Source: an uncultured Veillonella sp.
Lineage (GTDB): Bacteria; Bacillota; Negativicutes; Veillonellales; Veillonellaceae
DNA length: 64,000 nucleotides
Assembly (NCBI GenBank): GCA_963516605.1
Contig: CAUQBP010000010.1
Coordinates: 2,289-66,288 of the forward strand
Direction of reading: 5' to 3'
The notes below the pieces were generated by a model that did no database searches, was not told the DNA's origin, and saw only the letters and a program-made list of their open reading frames with translations. Position numbers and translations under genes: made by a program. Within the stretch, counting starts at the first letter, position 1. Every line of letters begins with the position of its first letter. This document shows, piece after piece, positions 40,032 through 50,390 of the stretch.

Positions 40032-40947
40032 GCACAGCCTCCCGCACTTGTAGTTTATGTTCAATATCTGTGATTTCATGAATTTTTGTATTCCAACGAT
40101 GCTGGAACCACAACCATTCATCAGGATGTTCTTTAATAAAAGCTTCTGTTATCTTAACAGTTTCTTCCGTAAGGCGGAACATATCTTTCTCCACATCACC
40201 AGTATCTTTATAATGAAGTGCTGGCAAGATATGGACAATATGACCATTCTCTTTACGAGATGCAAAGACTGGAACTACAGGAGCTTTAAACTTTTTCGCA
40301 AAGGATGCTGGTCCCGTTACCGCTGATGACTCTTGCCCTAAGAACATCACTGGTAATCCTGTGTACCAGCCGTCTTGGTCCGCCAAGAAACCTAATAATT
40401 TCTTCGCTTTCATAGCTTGTGCAGCGCCTCTCATTTCGGATCCACCACGAGCAAATACTTCTAATCCCACCATTTCTCGGTATTCGTTCATCAAACGTGT
40501 GAATTGAGCATTTGGTTGTTTTTTTACAATCGTTGTGGACGGATACCCATGAGCCGCTAAGGCTGCGCCCATCCATTCCCAATTGCCTACGTGAGCCGTC
40601 AATATGACAACACCTTTATCTTCCGCCACAGCTGCATCTAGGTGTTCTAGCCCTCGCATTTCAATATGTTCTTTTATGAACTCAGGTGTCAAATTAGGCA
40701 TATATAGTGTTTCCATCACAGAACGTCCCAAGTTTTTAAAGAGTCGTCCTAATATGGCATCTGCTTCTTTTTCATCTATGGAAAGGCCAATCATTAGATT
40801 ATGTAATCCTCGTTTGACCTGTTTTTTACCTACTAATCTATATAAAGGTCCTAGAGATGCTCCAATGGATAAGATTGTAGAATAGGGTAATGCACAAACT
40901 AATTTACTAATCGTCTTTAATGCTGTATATTGCCATTCTCCCGCCAT
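40018..40947 (-). CDS. Lipid A late acyltransferase (LpxL/HtrB family)
   Basis: HVGNWE, ADQ, PDEWLWFQHRW; start moved to ATG 40947 after AAGGAGG. Confidence 0.9.
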   Translation of the reverse strand: MAGEWQYTALKTISKLVCALPYSTILSIGASLGPLYRLVGKKQVKRGLHNLMIGLSIDEKEADAILGRLFKNLGRSVMETLYMPNLTPEFIKEHIEMRGLEHLDAAVAEDKGVVILTAHVGNWEWMGAALAAHGYPSTTIVKKQPNAQFTRLMNEYREMVGLEVFARGGSEMRGAAQAMKAKKLLGFLADQDGWYTGLPVMFLGQESSAVTGPASFAKKFKAPVVPVFASRKENGHIVHILPALHYKDTGDVEKDMFRLTEETVKITEAFIKEHPDEWLWFQHRWNTKIHEITDIEHKLQVREAVHEEQ

Positions 40948-40960
40948 GAAAGCCTCCTTT

Positions 40961-41482
40961 CTACTGACCTGCTTGGTAGGATTCTTCACGGTATGAGCGT
41001 ACCGCATCCTCCCAAAGTCCTTCTTGTTTTAAAATATACTCAACTGCTTCACGCACTGCTCCCTCACCACCCTTGGCTTGGCAGATATAGTGAGCTACTT
41101 CTTTTATCTCTGGTACACCATCTTGTGGTGTCATGGCCAATCCCACCTTAGACATAATGCCTAAATCATTGAGATCATCGCCCATATAGGCTACTTCATG
41201 AACCTCTAAATCCAATGTATGTAAGAGTTCTTGTAATCCTGCACTCTTATTATGACTTCCCATTTGGATATGAGAAATCCGTAATTCTTTTGCTCTTCGC
41301 TCTACCATAGGAGAGGTACGCCCTGTAATAATGGCAGTTTGCAATCCCATCCGGTGTGCTAAAGCTAATCCTAATCCATCTTTTGCATGGAATGCTTTGA
41401 TTTCTTCTCCACTAGATGTATAGACAATCTCACCTTTCGTAAGAACACCGTCTACATCTAAGGCTAAACAACGTATCGCCAT
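40961..41482 (-). CDS. kdsC: KDO 8-phosphate phosphatase
   Basis: DVDGVLT, ITGR, GDDLND, GGEGAVRE. Confidence 0.93.
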   Translation of the reverse strand: MAIRCLALDVDGVLTKGEIVYTSSGEEIKAFHAKDGLGLALAHRMGLQTAIITGRTSPMVERRAKELRISHIQMGSHNKSAGLQELLHTLDLEVHEVAYMGDDLNDLGIMSKVGLAMTPQDGVPEIKEVAHYICQAKGGEGAVREAVEYILKQEGLWEDAVRSYREESYQAGQ

Positions 41483-42453
41483 TACACAATGCCTCTTCGC
41501 AACAAATCAGTAATATGTACTAAGCCAAGACTTGTTCCATCTTGACCAACAACTGGTAATACGGTAATCGGTCGAGGTTGATTTTTCTCCATCATGTGAA
41601 GAGCTTCTGCTGCCAACTTATCTTTTGTAATAGTACGTGGTGATTTAGTCATCATATCTTCCACAGACCATACTAGGAAATTACATCCAGAATCTAAACC
41701 GCGGCGAATATCTCCATCTGTTACAAGACCAATTAACTTGCCTTCTTCATCTACTACATTGGCTGCTCCCAGTCCTTTATTAGTCATAACAAATAAAGCA
41801 TCTTGCACGGTAGCCCCTTTATGAATAATAGGATTATCATTTCCACTATGCATAATGTTTTCTACGGTTAGCAATAATTTGCGACCTAAAGAACCACCCG
41901 GATGGAATACAGCAAAATTTTCTGGCGTAAATTTATGTTGATCTAATAAGCACACTGCCAAGGCATCTCCTAATGCCAATGCAGCAGTAGTACTGCTTGT
42001 GGGTGCTAATCCTAATGGGCACGCTTCTTTATCTACGCATACCACCAAGACGACATCAGAGTTTTTCCCCAATGTAGAACTTGGATTGCCCACTACAGAA
42101 ATTAATTTAGCACCAATGCGACGTAAGGAAGGCAATAAACTAATGACTTCACTAGTTTCCCCACTATTTGAGAATGCTAGTACTACATCATCAGATGTAA
42201 CCATACCTAAATCGCCATGTACCCCTTCACCAGGGTGTAAAAATAATGCAGGTGTACCGGTACTCGCTAATGTAGCCGAAATTTTTCGTGCAATATGTCC
42301 AGATTTTCCCATACCTGTACAGACCACCCGTCCTTTAGAGGCTAAAATTAACTCTACTGCTGTTTCAAAACGATGGTCTAATGTTTCAATTAAGTCTAAC
42401 ACTGCTTTTGATTCTTCTTGGAGCACCTGTGATGCCCGTTCAAGTATCTTCAT
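41482..42453 (-). CDS. kdsD: Arabinose 5-phosphate isomerase (KpsF/GutQ family)
   Basis: GMGKSGH, HGDLG, EACPLGLAPTSS, HPGGSLG, two CBS domains. Confidence 0.95.
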   Translation of the reverse strand: MKILERASQVLQEESKAVLDLIETLDHRFETAVELILASKGRVVCTGMGKSGHIARKISATLASTGTPALFLHPGEGVHGDLGMVTSDDVVLAFSNSGETSEVISLLPSLRRIGAKLISVVGNPSSTLGKNSDVVLVVCVDKEACPLGLAPTSSTTAALALGDALAVCLLDQHKFTPENFAVFHPGGSLGRKLLLTVENIMHSGNDNPIIHKGATVQDALFVMTNKGLGAANVVDEEGKLIGLVTDGDIRRGLDSGCNFLVWSVEDMMTKSPRTITKDKLAAEALHMMEKNQPRPITVLPVVGQDGTSLGLVHITDLLRRGIV

Positions 42454-42480
42454 AGTTCACCTGCATCCTTTACATCTGTA

Positions 42481-43299
42481 CTATTTTTTTACGATTTTGT
42501 CGATAGCCACTAAATCAGTTAATAATTCTTCTAGAGAATCTAAATATAACATATTTGGTCCATCTGAAAGCGCTTCTTCTGGGTTATCATGAACTTCAAA
42601 GAACAATCCATCCACGCCGCTCGCTACCGCACCACGTGCTAGGTTAGCCACGAATTCACGTTGGCCAGAAGACGCTGTACCTGCCCCACCTGGTAGTTGT
42701 ACGGAATGTGTCGCATCAAAGATAACTGGATACTCAAAAGAACGCATGATCGGGAAGGATCTCATATCCACCACTAAGTTGTTATAGCCAAAACTAAAAC
42801 CACGTTCAGTAAGCATCAAGTTTTGATTGCCAGATTCTTCCATTTTCTTCAACACATTGCTCATATCTTTAGGAGCCATGAATTGACCTTTTTTCACATT
42901 CACGCATTTTCCAGTCGCTGCTGCTCCGTATACCAAGTCAGTTTGGCGACATAAGAAAGCCGGAATTTGAAGAATATCCAACACTTCTGCAGCGGCATCA
43001 ATTTGAGTAATATCGTGGATATCACTTACTACCGGTACCTGTAACTCTTCTTTGATGGCTTTCAAAATTTCTAAACCTTCTACGAGGCCTGGACCACGGA
43101 AGGAAGAATAGCTAGAGCGATTAGCTTTATCAAAAGAAGCTTTGAACACATAAGGAATGCCAACTTTATCGCAAATTGCTTTCGCACGGCGACCAATCTC
43201 TAATGTACGCTCATAGCCCTCAATTACACATGGACCTGCTAACAAAAATAAGCCTTTGCCTCCACCAAGTGTGAGGTTGCCTACTTGTACTGTTTTCAT
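42481..43299 (-). CDS. kdsA: KDO 8-phosphate synthase
   Basis: AGPCVIE, KANRSS, PAFLCRQT, DATHSVQ. Confidence 0.97.
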   Translation of the reverse strand: MKTVQVGNLTLGGGKGLFLLAGPCVIEGYERTLEIGRRAKAICDKVGIPYVFKASFDKANRSSYSSFRGPGLVEGLEILKAIKEELQVPVVSDIHDITQIDAAAEVLDILQIPAFLCRQTDLVYGAAATGKCVNVKKGQFMAPKDMSNVLKKMEESGNQNLMLTERGFSFGYNNLVVDMRSFPIMRSFEYPVIFDATHSVQLPGGAGTASSGQREFVANLARGAVASGVDGLFFEVHDNPEEALSDGPNMLYLDSLEELLTDLVAIDKIVKK

Positions 43300-43325
43300 A
43301 CTATCTCCTCTCTAAACGAAATCGT

Positions 43326-44057
43326 TTATGCTTCTAATTCGTGAAATATTTCATTCACTCGTTTTAAATCTTCTGGGGTATCTACTCCCACAAAACGCTG
43401 ATCTGTAGGAATCACTCGGATGGTATATCCATTTTCTAAAGCTCGTAACTGTTCTAAGGATTCAGTTAATTCTGCTGGAGTCGGTTCCATCTTAGCATAG
43501 GTTAATAGGAACTGACGATTATATCCATACATACCTACATGCTTCAATGGCGGTGCCACGAAGGCATGTCTTGGGTAGGGAATTAATGAACGAGAAAAAT
43601 ACATGGCATTTCCTAGGCGATTTACAATTACCTTAACAGCGCTAGGCTCATTGTATTCTTCTTCTAACAAGGGACAGCCTACTGTTCCCATTTGTAGGGT
43701 TGGGTCTTCTTTGAATTGACGTGCCAATGCATCGATAAGGGACGCATCAATGAGTGGCTCATCGCCTTGCACATTAATAATCACGTCAATATCTATTCTT
43801 GCAGATGCCACTTCCGCTAAGCGGTCAGTACCCGTTAAGTGGTCAGCTCTTGTCATCATCACCTGTCCACCAAATTGAGTAACAGCATCATACACTCGTT
43901 CATCATCAGTAGCCACGATGACCTCATGAATTTCCGTCGCTTTCGACACTTGCTCATAGACCCGTTGAATCATTGGTTTGTTACCAATCATCGCTAAGGG
44001 TTTACCCGGTAATCGTGTAGATCCATAGCGCGCTGGAATAATACAAGCTATACGCAT
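43326..44057 (-). CDS. kdsB: CMP-KDO synthetase
   Basis: IPARYGSTRLPGKPL, NVQGDEP, ESLEQLRALE, VDTPED. Confidence 0.97.
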   Translation of the reverse strand: MRIACIIPARYGSTRLPGKPLAMIGNKPMIQRVYEQVSKATEIHEVIVATDDERVYDAVTQFGGQVMMTRADHLTGTDRLAEVASARIDIDVIINVQGDEPLIDASLIDALARQFKEDPTLQMGTVGCPLLEEEYNEPSAVKVIVNRLGNAMYFSRSLIPYPRHAFVAPPLKHVGMYGYNRQFLLTYAKMEPTPAELTESLEQLRALENGYTIRVIPTDQRFVGVDTPEDLKRVNEIFHELEA

Positions 44058-44058
44058 A

Positions 44059-45186
44059 TTATTTCCCCTTTGCTATTTGCAACACATAGGATTTAAAATC
44101 GTCTTCACCTTTGGTAAATTCGATACCAATCACTAATACATAGACAGGAATCTTCAAATCTTTAATTGCACGTACTTGAGATAATTTCACTGCATCTTTT
44201 TCCGTTGTAATAATACCTTGAATCCCTGTTTTAAAACAATGTTGCCACAATTTCACAACATCTTCTTCACTATAATCATGATGGTCACCAAAACTCATCA
44301 TATCCTGTACCGTGAATCCGTAACCTTTCAAATTAGAAATGAAAGAGCTAGGTTGTCCGATACCACTAATCGCTAATAAAGGAGTCCCATCATAGTCACT
44401 AATATCATGAATCGGGCCATTATGGCTCCATTCTTCCAAGGTTTGAAAACCTACCGTTTGATGAATGGTTTCTGCTACAGGAACAAGAGGTGCTAAAGAA
44501 TGAATCTCTTCACGGAGTGCTTCCAGTTGTTCAGTATCTACTTGATTCGTTTTCGTTAACACAATATAGGTAGCCCGCTTCAAATTTGTCAAAGGTTCTC
44601 GTAGTAACCCTCTTGGCAACACCGCACCATAGCCAAATGGATGGCTGGCATCAATCAATACAATATCTGCATTACGGCCCAATGATCGATGTTGAAAGCC
44701 ATCATCTAAAACAAGTACATCAGATTGCATATCGTCTACAGCAATCTTAGCTGACTCCACTCGTTTAGAGCCAATAATGACATTTGCATTCGGTAATGTT
44801 TTAGCTAATAACCAAGCTTCATCACCGCTGATAAAAGAAGACACATCTACCGACCCTTGTCTAGATACGACGATGGATTTTTTATTATTGTCCGCTTTGT
44901 ATCCACGACTTAAGACACTCACTGTATGTTGGTCTGTATCCAATACCTCACACACGTATCGCACCATCGGTGTTTTACCTGTACCACCAACTGTAATATT
45001 GCCTATACTAATGACTGGCACTGGCATGTGTAACACTCTATGTGGATAGTTATACCGTTCATTGCGATATTCCACGACTCTTTCATAGACCTTGCTAGCC
45101 TTTTCTAAACCACCACGAAGAGCATCTCCCAAAGAGCCTTGCATCTGCCCGCTGATGATATGTTTAAAGAGTTGTTCTCCTTTCAT
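44059..45186 (-). CDS. lpxK: Tetraacyldisaccharide 4'-kinase
   Basis: GNITVGGTGKTP, SRGY, DDGFQH, PRGLLRE, TEKD. Confidence 0.96.
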   Translation of the reverse strand: MKGEQLFKHIISGQMQGSLGDALRGGLEKASKVYERVVEYRNERYNYPHRVLHMPVPVISIGNITVGGTGKTPMVRYVCEVLDTDQHTVSVLSRGYKADNNKKSIVVSRQGSVDVSSFISGDEAWLLAKTLPNANVIIGSKRVESAKIAVDDMQSDVLVLDDGFQHRSLGRNADIVLIDASHPFGYGAVLPRGLLREPLTNLKRATYIVLTKTNQVDTEQLEALREEIHSLAPLVPVAETIHQTVGFQTLEEWSHNGPIHDISDYDGTPLLAISGIGQPSSFISNLKGYGFTVQDMMSFGDHHDYSEEDVVKLWQHCFKTGIQGIITTEKDAVKLSQVRAIKDLKIPVYVLVIGIEFTKGEDDFKSYVLQIAKGK

Positions 45187-45247
45187 GAGTAAACCTCCTC
45201 CGTATCCCTCTAGTATAGCCTAGGATATTAAAACTTAGATGAACCGA

Positions 45248-46552
45248 TTATGGAACAATGTGAAAGCGTTCAAAGAGACGTCGTAATTCTTCTGTATTGC
45301 GCTGTGTAGCACCACGATTTTCGCTAACGACCTCCAAACAATGACGACTCATTTCTTCTCGCATAACTTCATTCGCACACAAAGTTTGCAATATGTCTAA
45401 TAGCTCTTCTTCATCATGTACCATCGTACAAGCACCTCGGGAACTCAATAAACTATAGATTTCTTTAAAGTTAAACATATGCGGTCCCACAATAATTGGC
45501 TTGCCATGAGCAGCTGGTTCTAAAATATTATGTCCTCCCGTTTTGACCAAGGAGCCTCCAACGAAGATAATATCTCCTAAACTATATAGACGACCTAACT
45601 CACCAATAGTATCTAAAATCACCACTGGAATTTCTTCGTGTACAGGTTCTGTCATCGTGCTTCGGCAAATCGCTTTCAGCCCATATTTTTGAGATAATGC
45701 TTTTACATCATTACCACGCATAATTTCGCGAGGTGCTATGAGCAATCTCGCATTAGGATAGGATTGTAAAATTTCTTTGAAAGCCTGGAATAGTTTATCT
45801 TCTTCCCCTTTATGAGTACTACCTGCCACAATGATAGGATGATTATGTCCAAAGCCAAACTCATGTTGTAATTGTTCTTTTTCTTCATCTGTAACCGTTG
45901 CGTAGGTTTGATCATACTTAGTATTTCCTGTGACAGTCACTTCTTTCACATTCGCACCTAGTACAGAAATATATTCTGCATCCAGTTTCGATTGCATACA
46001 GAATCGATCGATGGAGCCCAACATATCCCTCATGAATGACTTAATATGCATGTATCGTGACATAGAACGATCACTAATACGACCATTCACCATCATGACT
46101 GGAATTTCTTCATCTTTTGCAATACGAAGGAAATTAGGCCAAATTTCTGTTTCTACCAGTAAAATAGCGATAGGTTTTATAATGTTCAAAATTCTTCGTG
46201 TCAAGAAAGGTAAGTCCAAAGGAAAGAAAATAATTCCTTCTGCTTCTGGTATGATACGTCGTGCCATAGCATGACCCGTAGCAGTAACTACGGATACAAC
46301 TACTACTGCATCAGGAAAGCTCTTTTTAATATCTTTCACCAAAGGACTTGTCGCTACAATTTCTCCTACAGACGCCGCATGTAACCATATGGCACGCTTG
46401 CCTTCTATTTTTTTCATCAATGTGCTCGGCATGAATCCCGCACTTTGTTTTATACGCTCGTAGAATCCCTCTTCAAAGGCTAACCGGTAAAGAATCACCG
46501 GTATCAAGCCAATCCAGTAGATAATAAGAAGTATATTATATATCCAGTACAT
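45248..46552 (-). CDS. waaA: KDO transferase
   Basis: WLHAASVGE, ETEIWPN, GNTKYD, GGHNILEPA. Confidence 0.96.
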   Translation of the reverse strand: MYWIYNILLIIYWIGLIPVILYRLAFEEGFYERIKQSAGFMPSTLMKKIEGKRAIWLHAASVGEIVATSPLVKDIKKSFPDAVVVVSVVTATGHAMARRIIPEAEGIIFFPLDLPFLTRRILNIIKPIAILLVETEIWPNFLRIAKDEEIPVMMVNGRISDRSMSRYMHIKSFMRDMLGSIDRFCMQSKLDAEYISVLGANVKEVTVTGNTKYDQTYATVTDEEKEQLQHEFGFGHNHPIIVAGSTHKGEEDKLFQAFKEILQSYPNARLLIAPREIMRGNDVKALSQKYGLKAICRSTMTEPVHEEIPVVILDTIGELGRLYSLGDIIFVGGSLVKTGGHNILEPAAHGKPIIVGPHMFNFKEIYSLLSSRGACTMVHDEEELLDILQTLCANEVMREEMSRHCLEVVSENRGATQRNTEELRRLFERFHIVP

Positions 46553-46555
46553 AGT

Positions 46556-48283
46556 TTATCCTTTTCCGGCAAATTGAACAGAATATAAATGACTGTACAA
46601 GCCATTCAACGCTAATAATTCATCATGTGTGCCTTCTTCTACAACACACCCTTGTTGTAGAACCACAATATGATCCGCATGCTTAATGGTACTCAATCTA
46701 TGAGCAATCACTAAAGCCGTTCTATTTTTCATTAATCGTTCTAATGCTTCTTGTACAATTTTTTCACTTTCAGTATCTAAGGCTGAGGTAGCTTCATCAA
46801 GAATTAAAATGCTAGGATTTTTCAAGATGGCACGAGCAATGGAGATGCGTTGACGTTGACCGCCAGACAAGGAATTACCACGTTCTCCTACTACCGTATC
46901 AAATCCATTTGGTAATTTTTCAATAAATTCATAGGCATTCGCCGCTTTAGCTGCCGCAATGATTTCTTCGTCTGTTGCATCTAGACGACCATACAAGATA
47001 TTTTCACGTACAGTCGCATTGAATAACATCGTATCCTGCGGTACTAAACCAATATTTTCTCGCAAAGACGTAAATGTGACATCTCGCACATCTACACCAT
47101 CAATGCGAATGGCTCCACCTGTTACATCATAAAAACGTGGTAACAAGTTCGCTATCGTTGACTTACCGGCTCCAGAAGGACCAACAATCGCCACAGTTTG
47201 CCCTTGTTTTACCGTTAAATTAACACCTTTTAATGCCAAATTATCTTCATCATAAGCAAATTGTACATTGTCGAATTCTACAGTTCCTTGTACATCCATT
47301 AATGCTTTTGCCGTTGGGGATTCTTTCACATGCGGTTCTGTTTCTAAAATATCAATGACACGATCTCCTGCTGCCATCGCTTTTTGCAAGTTACCATAGA
47401 CTTGTGTTAAACGTTTTACAGGATTTGATAAATTGATGGCATAAATTAAGAATGCAATCAAAGATCCAGCTGTAATATAACCTTGTACTACAGAATATCC
47501 CCCGTACCACAAAATGATGACTACTGCAATGGCCGCTGCAAATTCCACCATAGGCCCCATGACAGCTGTTAATTTTGTAGCTTTCATAGCGGCATCAAAG
47601 TTATTTTGGTTCTCTTGTTCAAAGCGGTTAAACTCATACTTTTCACGTGCAAAAGAACGAATGACACGAACACCGGAGATAACTTCTTGTAAAAAGGCTG
47701 TAATATCTGCTGTTCTACCTTGTACCTCATGACCTGCTGAACGTAATTTTTTACCAAAAATATTGGTTAATCCTAATACAACAGGCACAATAATCAATGT
47801 TAAGAGGGATAGTTTCCAATCCAAATAAAACATGAATACCAAAGACCCTACTAAGGTAACTCCTTCTGTCATAAAGGAAATCAAATTATCGACAATTGCT
47901 TGTTGTAAAGCGCCTACATCACTCGTCACGTTACTCATGATAACCCCTGTTTTATGGCGGTCAAAATAAGCTTGGTCTAACTTTTGTAAATGCTTAAATA
48001 AGGTTTCACGAATGTCGATAACTACTCGTTGTCCTACATAGGCCATTGTATAATTTTGCCCATACGTAGCAAATCCCCGAAGCAAGAAAATAATTAAAAT
48101 AGCGATAACAATTAATGTTAATAAGCCTAAATCTTTATCTTGCAATACGCCATCCACTACATTTCGAATCAACCAAGGTACCACTAAGTATCCCATGGCC
48201 GCTGCAATCATGCAAAATATACCTAATATGAGTCGCATCCTATATGGCAGTACAAATGCCAATAGTTGTTTATAACGATCCAT
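46556..48283 (-). CDS. msbA: Lipid A flippase ABC transporter
   Basis: Fused TMD-NBD, GPSGAGKST, LSGGQRQR, DEATSALD; inside the lipid A operon. Confidence 0.88.
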   Translation of the reverse strand: MDRYKQLLAFVLPYRMRLILGIFCMIAAAMGYLVVPWLIRNVVDGVLQDKDLGLLTLIVIAILIIFLLRGFATYGQNYTMAYVGQRVVIDIRETLFKHLQKLDQAYFDRHKTGVIMSNVTSDVGALQQAIVDNLISFMTEGVTLVGSLVFMFYLDWKLSLLTLIIVPVVLGLTNIFGKKLRSAGHEVQGRTADITAFLQEVISGVRVIRSFAREKYEFNRFEQENQNNFDAAMKATKLTAVMGPMVEFAAAIAVVIILWYGGYSVVQGYITAGSLIAFLIYAINLSNPVKRLTQVYGNLQKAMAAGDRVIDILETEPHVKESPTAKALMDVQGTVEFDNVQFAYDEDNLALKGVNLTVKQGQTVAIVGPSGAGKSTIANLLPRFYDVTGGAIRIDGVDVRDVTFTSLRENIGLVPQDTMLFNATVRENILYGRLDATDEEIIAAAKAANAYEFIEKLPNGFDTVVGERGNSLSGGQRQRISIARAILKNPSILILDEATSALDTESEKIVQEALERLMKNRTALVIAHRLSTIKHADHIVVLQQGCVVEEGTHDELLALNGLYSHLYSVQFAGKG

Positions 48284-49420
48284 TTATGCCTCCTTCATTG
48301 CTACTGATGCAATGACATCAGCTACACGTTGCACCGCTCCCGGTGCCCCCAATTCTATTTTCACTTGTGCTAAATCAGCTTTCATCTGCGTATATACCGC
48401 CTCGTGATCCAAGATGTTAGCTAATTCTCGTTCTACATTTTCTGGCGTTACATCTCCCTGTAATAACTCAGGAATAATTCGACGCTTCGCCATAATATTA
48501 GGCAATCCAATATGGTCAATTTTTACCAACAGTTTACCAATTCCATACGTAACAGAGGCTACTTTATAAATTAATACCGTAGGTACATTCATTAATGCCG
48601 TTTCTAAAGTCGCTGTCCCTGAAGCCGCAATACATGCGGTACAAATCTGCATCAAATCATAGTTATGTCCTTCTGTAACAGTGACTGGCACAGAATAGCC
48701 TTGTAAAATTCTATCAATATCTTCTCTTGGTATGGTATGAGCTCTCGGCAAGAAAAATTTCAAATCTTGGTGATTCTCATATAACCGTTCAGCCGCTGCT
48801 AACATGGTCGGTAGTAGTCCTTCTACTTCTTGTTTACGACTACCTGGCATCAGGAGAATATTGCGACTTGTTGCCTCTGCACCAAAATGAGCAAGAGATT
48901 CTTCTACAGACATGGTAGGATGTACAATATCTACTAAAGGGTTTCCTACAAATTCCACATCTACACCAAATTCACGGTATGCCTCTGCTTCAAACGGAAA
49001 AATAGAAGCTACTTTTGTGACCGTTTTAGCAATATCTTTGCCACGACCTTTATTCCAAGCCCAAATGGTAGGTGCAATATAGTACACCACAGGTATATGC
49101 AATTCTTTTGCCACCTTAGCTAGCTTCATATTAAAGCCTGGATAGTCAATACACACCAACACATCTGGCTTTTCTCGTAGCATCGCTTCTTTTAGGAAAC
49201 TACGAAGTTTAAAAAAGGTGGGCAAATGTTTTACTATTTCAACGATACCGATGAATCCTAGTTGCTGAATATCATAGATAATATCCACACCAGCTTGTTT
49301 CATCAAGTCCCCGCCCATGCCAAATAGCTGTGCTTCTGGATATTTCTCCAATAAAGCTTTTGCTACACTGGCACCATGCGTATCTCCTGATGCTTCACCA
49401 GCAGAAAACATAATTTTCAT
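48284..49420 (-). CDS. lpxB: Lipid A disaccharide synthase
   Basis: AGEASGD, IDYPGFN, WAW, PGSR, SGTATLE. Confidence 0.96.
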   Translation of the reverse strand: MKIMFSAGEASGDTHGASVAKALLEKYPEAQLFGMGGDLMKQAGVDIIYDIQQLGFIGIVEIVKHLPTFFKLRSFLKEAMLREKPDVLVCIDYPGFNMKLAKVAKELHIPVVYYIAPTIWAWNKGRGKDIAKTVTKVASIFPFEAEAYREFGVDVEFVGNPLVDIVHPTMSVEESLAHFGAEATSRNILLMPGSRKQEVEGLLPTMLAAAERLYENHQDLKFFLPRAHTIPREDIDRILQGYSVPVTVTEGHNYDLMQICTACIAASGTATLETALMNVPTVLIYKVASVTYGIGKLLVKIDHIGLPNIMAKRRIIPELLQGDVTPENVERELANILDHEAVYTQMKADLAQVKIELGAPGAVQRVADVIASVAMKEA

Positions 49421-49422
49421 GC

Positions 49423-50247
49423 TTACTCCTCATCCAGCCCTTCTACGGCGCAGATTACGATACCTAATTCATTTGCTTTTTGCAATACTGCTTCTTGTTC
49501 CACAAAAATCGTCCGCTTTGCTTCCATAGCTAGGACCTTGCAGTTACCAGCAATCATAGATTCTAACGTTTTCATACCTACCGCTGGAACATCAAACCGT
49601 ACATCCTGGTTAGGTTTTGCAGTTTTTACCACCACAGCCCCTTCACGACCCAAGGCACCGCCTCGTTTGATACACTCATCAGTTCCTTCAATGGCTTCGA
49701 TGGCCATCGCCGCTTGTTCTTTCACTACTACGGTTTGACCAATATCAAGAGCCCCCATTTGTTTGGCTAAGGTAAAGCCAAATGTAATATCGAGTTGCTC
49801 TACCTCTGTTGGTTGACGCTTCGTCATCACACCCACCGGCGGCATAAGAGATCTCATGTATTTGGTTTGATCTGCTACCGATAGACCTTCTTTTTCTAAT
49901 TCCTCTACGATAGCTAGCATGATCGTATCATCTTTACGATTGCGCAAACGATTCAATAATTTGATAGTACGCATATCAGGTATGGTTGTTATTTTTTTAT
50001 AGAGATGTTCCTTTGTTACTTTACCTAACATCGTCACATCTGTGACGCCCTCTTTGAGAAACGTTTTGATCACTGTATCTGATTTAAAGACGCTGATTTG
50101 GTAGTATGCATCGGCCTCTGCTTCTAATTCTGGAGCACCATCTGTCACAACAGATATGACCACAACTTCATAGCCTTCATGTTGAGCCGCTCGCATAAAT
50201 TCAACTGGCAGATTACCAATCCCTGCAATCAATCCTACTTTCGCCAT
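49423..50247 (-). CDS. lpxI: UDP-2,3-diacylglucosamine diphosphatase
   Basis: GLIAGIGNLP, DIGQ, EAIEGTD, KPNQDVRFDVP; start moved to ATG 50247. Confidence 0.93.
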   Translation of the reverse strand: MAKVGLIAGIGNLPVEFMRAAQHEGYEVVVISVVTDGAPELEAEADAYYQISVFKSDTVIKTFLKEGVTDVTMLGKVTKEHLYKKITTIPDMRTIKLLNRLRNRKDDTIMLAIVEELEKEGLSVADQTKYMRSLMPPVGVMTKRQPTEVEQLDITFGFTLAKQMGALDIGQTVVVKEQAAMAIEAIEGTDECIKRGGALGREGAVVVKTAKPNQDVRFDVPAVGMKTLESMIAGNCKVLAMEAKRTIFVEQEAVLQKANELGIVICAVEGLDEE

Positions 50248-50289
50248 AACGCCTCCCATTAACTTTTAATTATAAAAATCCTAATCTAT

Positions 50290-50318
50290 ATTATATCACA
50301 TAAAGAGCACAAATGGCA
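50290..50318 (-). promoter_or_regulatory. Internal promoter upstream of lpxI
   Basis: Extended -10 TGA-TATAAT; weak -35 TGCCAT at 17 nt. Confidence 0.55.
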
Positions 50319-50332
50319 TGAAAGTTCACAAC

Positions 50333-50379
50333 AAAAAATACATGGCAAAAGCATATAAAGTATGCTTTCACCATGTATT
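50333..50379 (-). terminator. Intrinsic terminator after lpxA
   Basis: AATACATGG...AAAGCATA/TATGCTTT...CCATGTATT long stem followed by a T-tract on the minus strand. Confidence 0.7.
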
Positions 50380-50390
50380 CTAATACCATA

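Noticed and set aside
41999..42592. 197-aa plus-strand ORF and the many other short antisense ORFs in the track
   Set aside because: They lie opposite well-supported genes and show no motifs; shadow ORFs.
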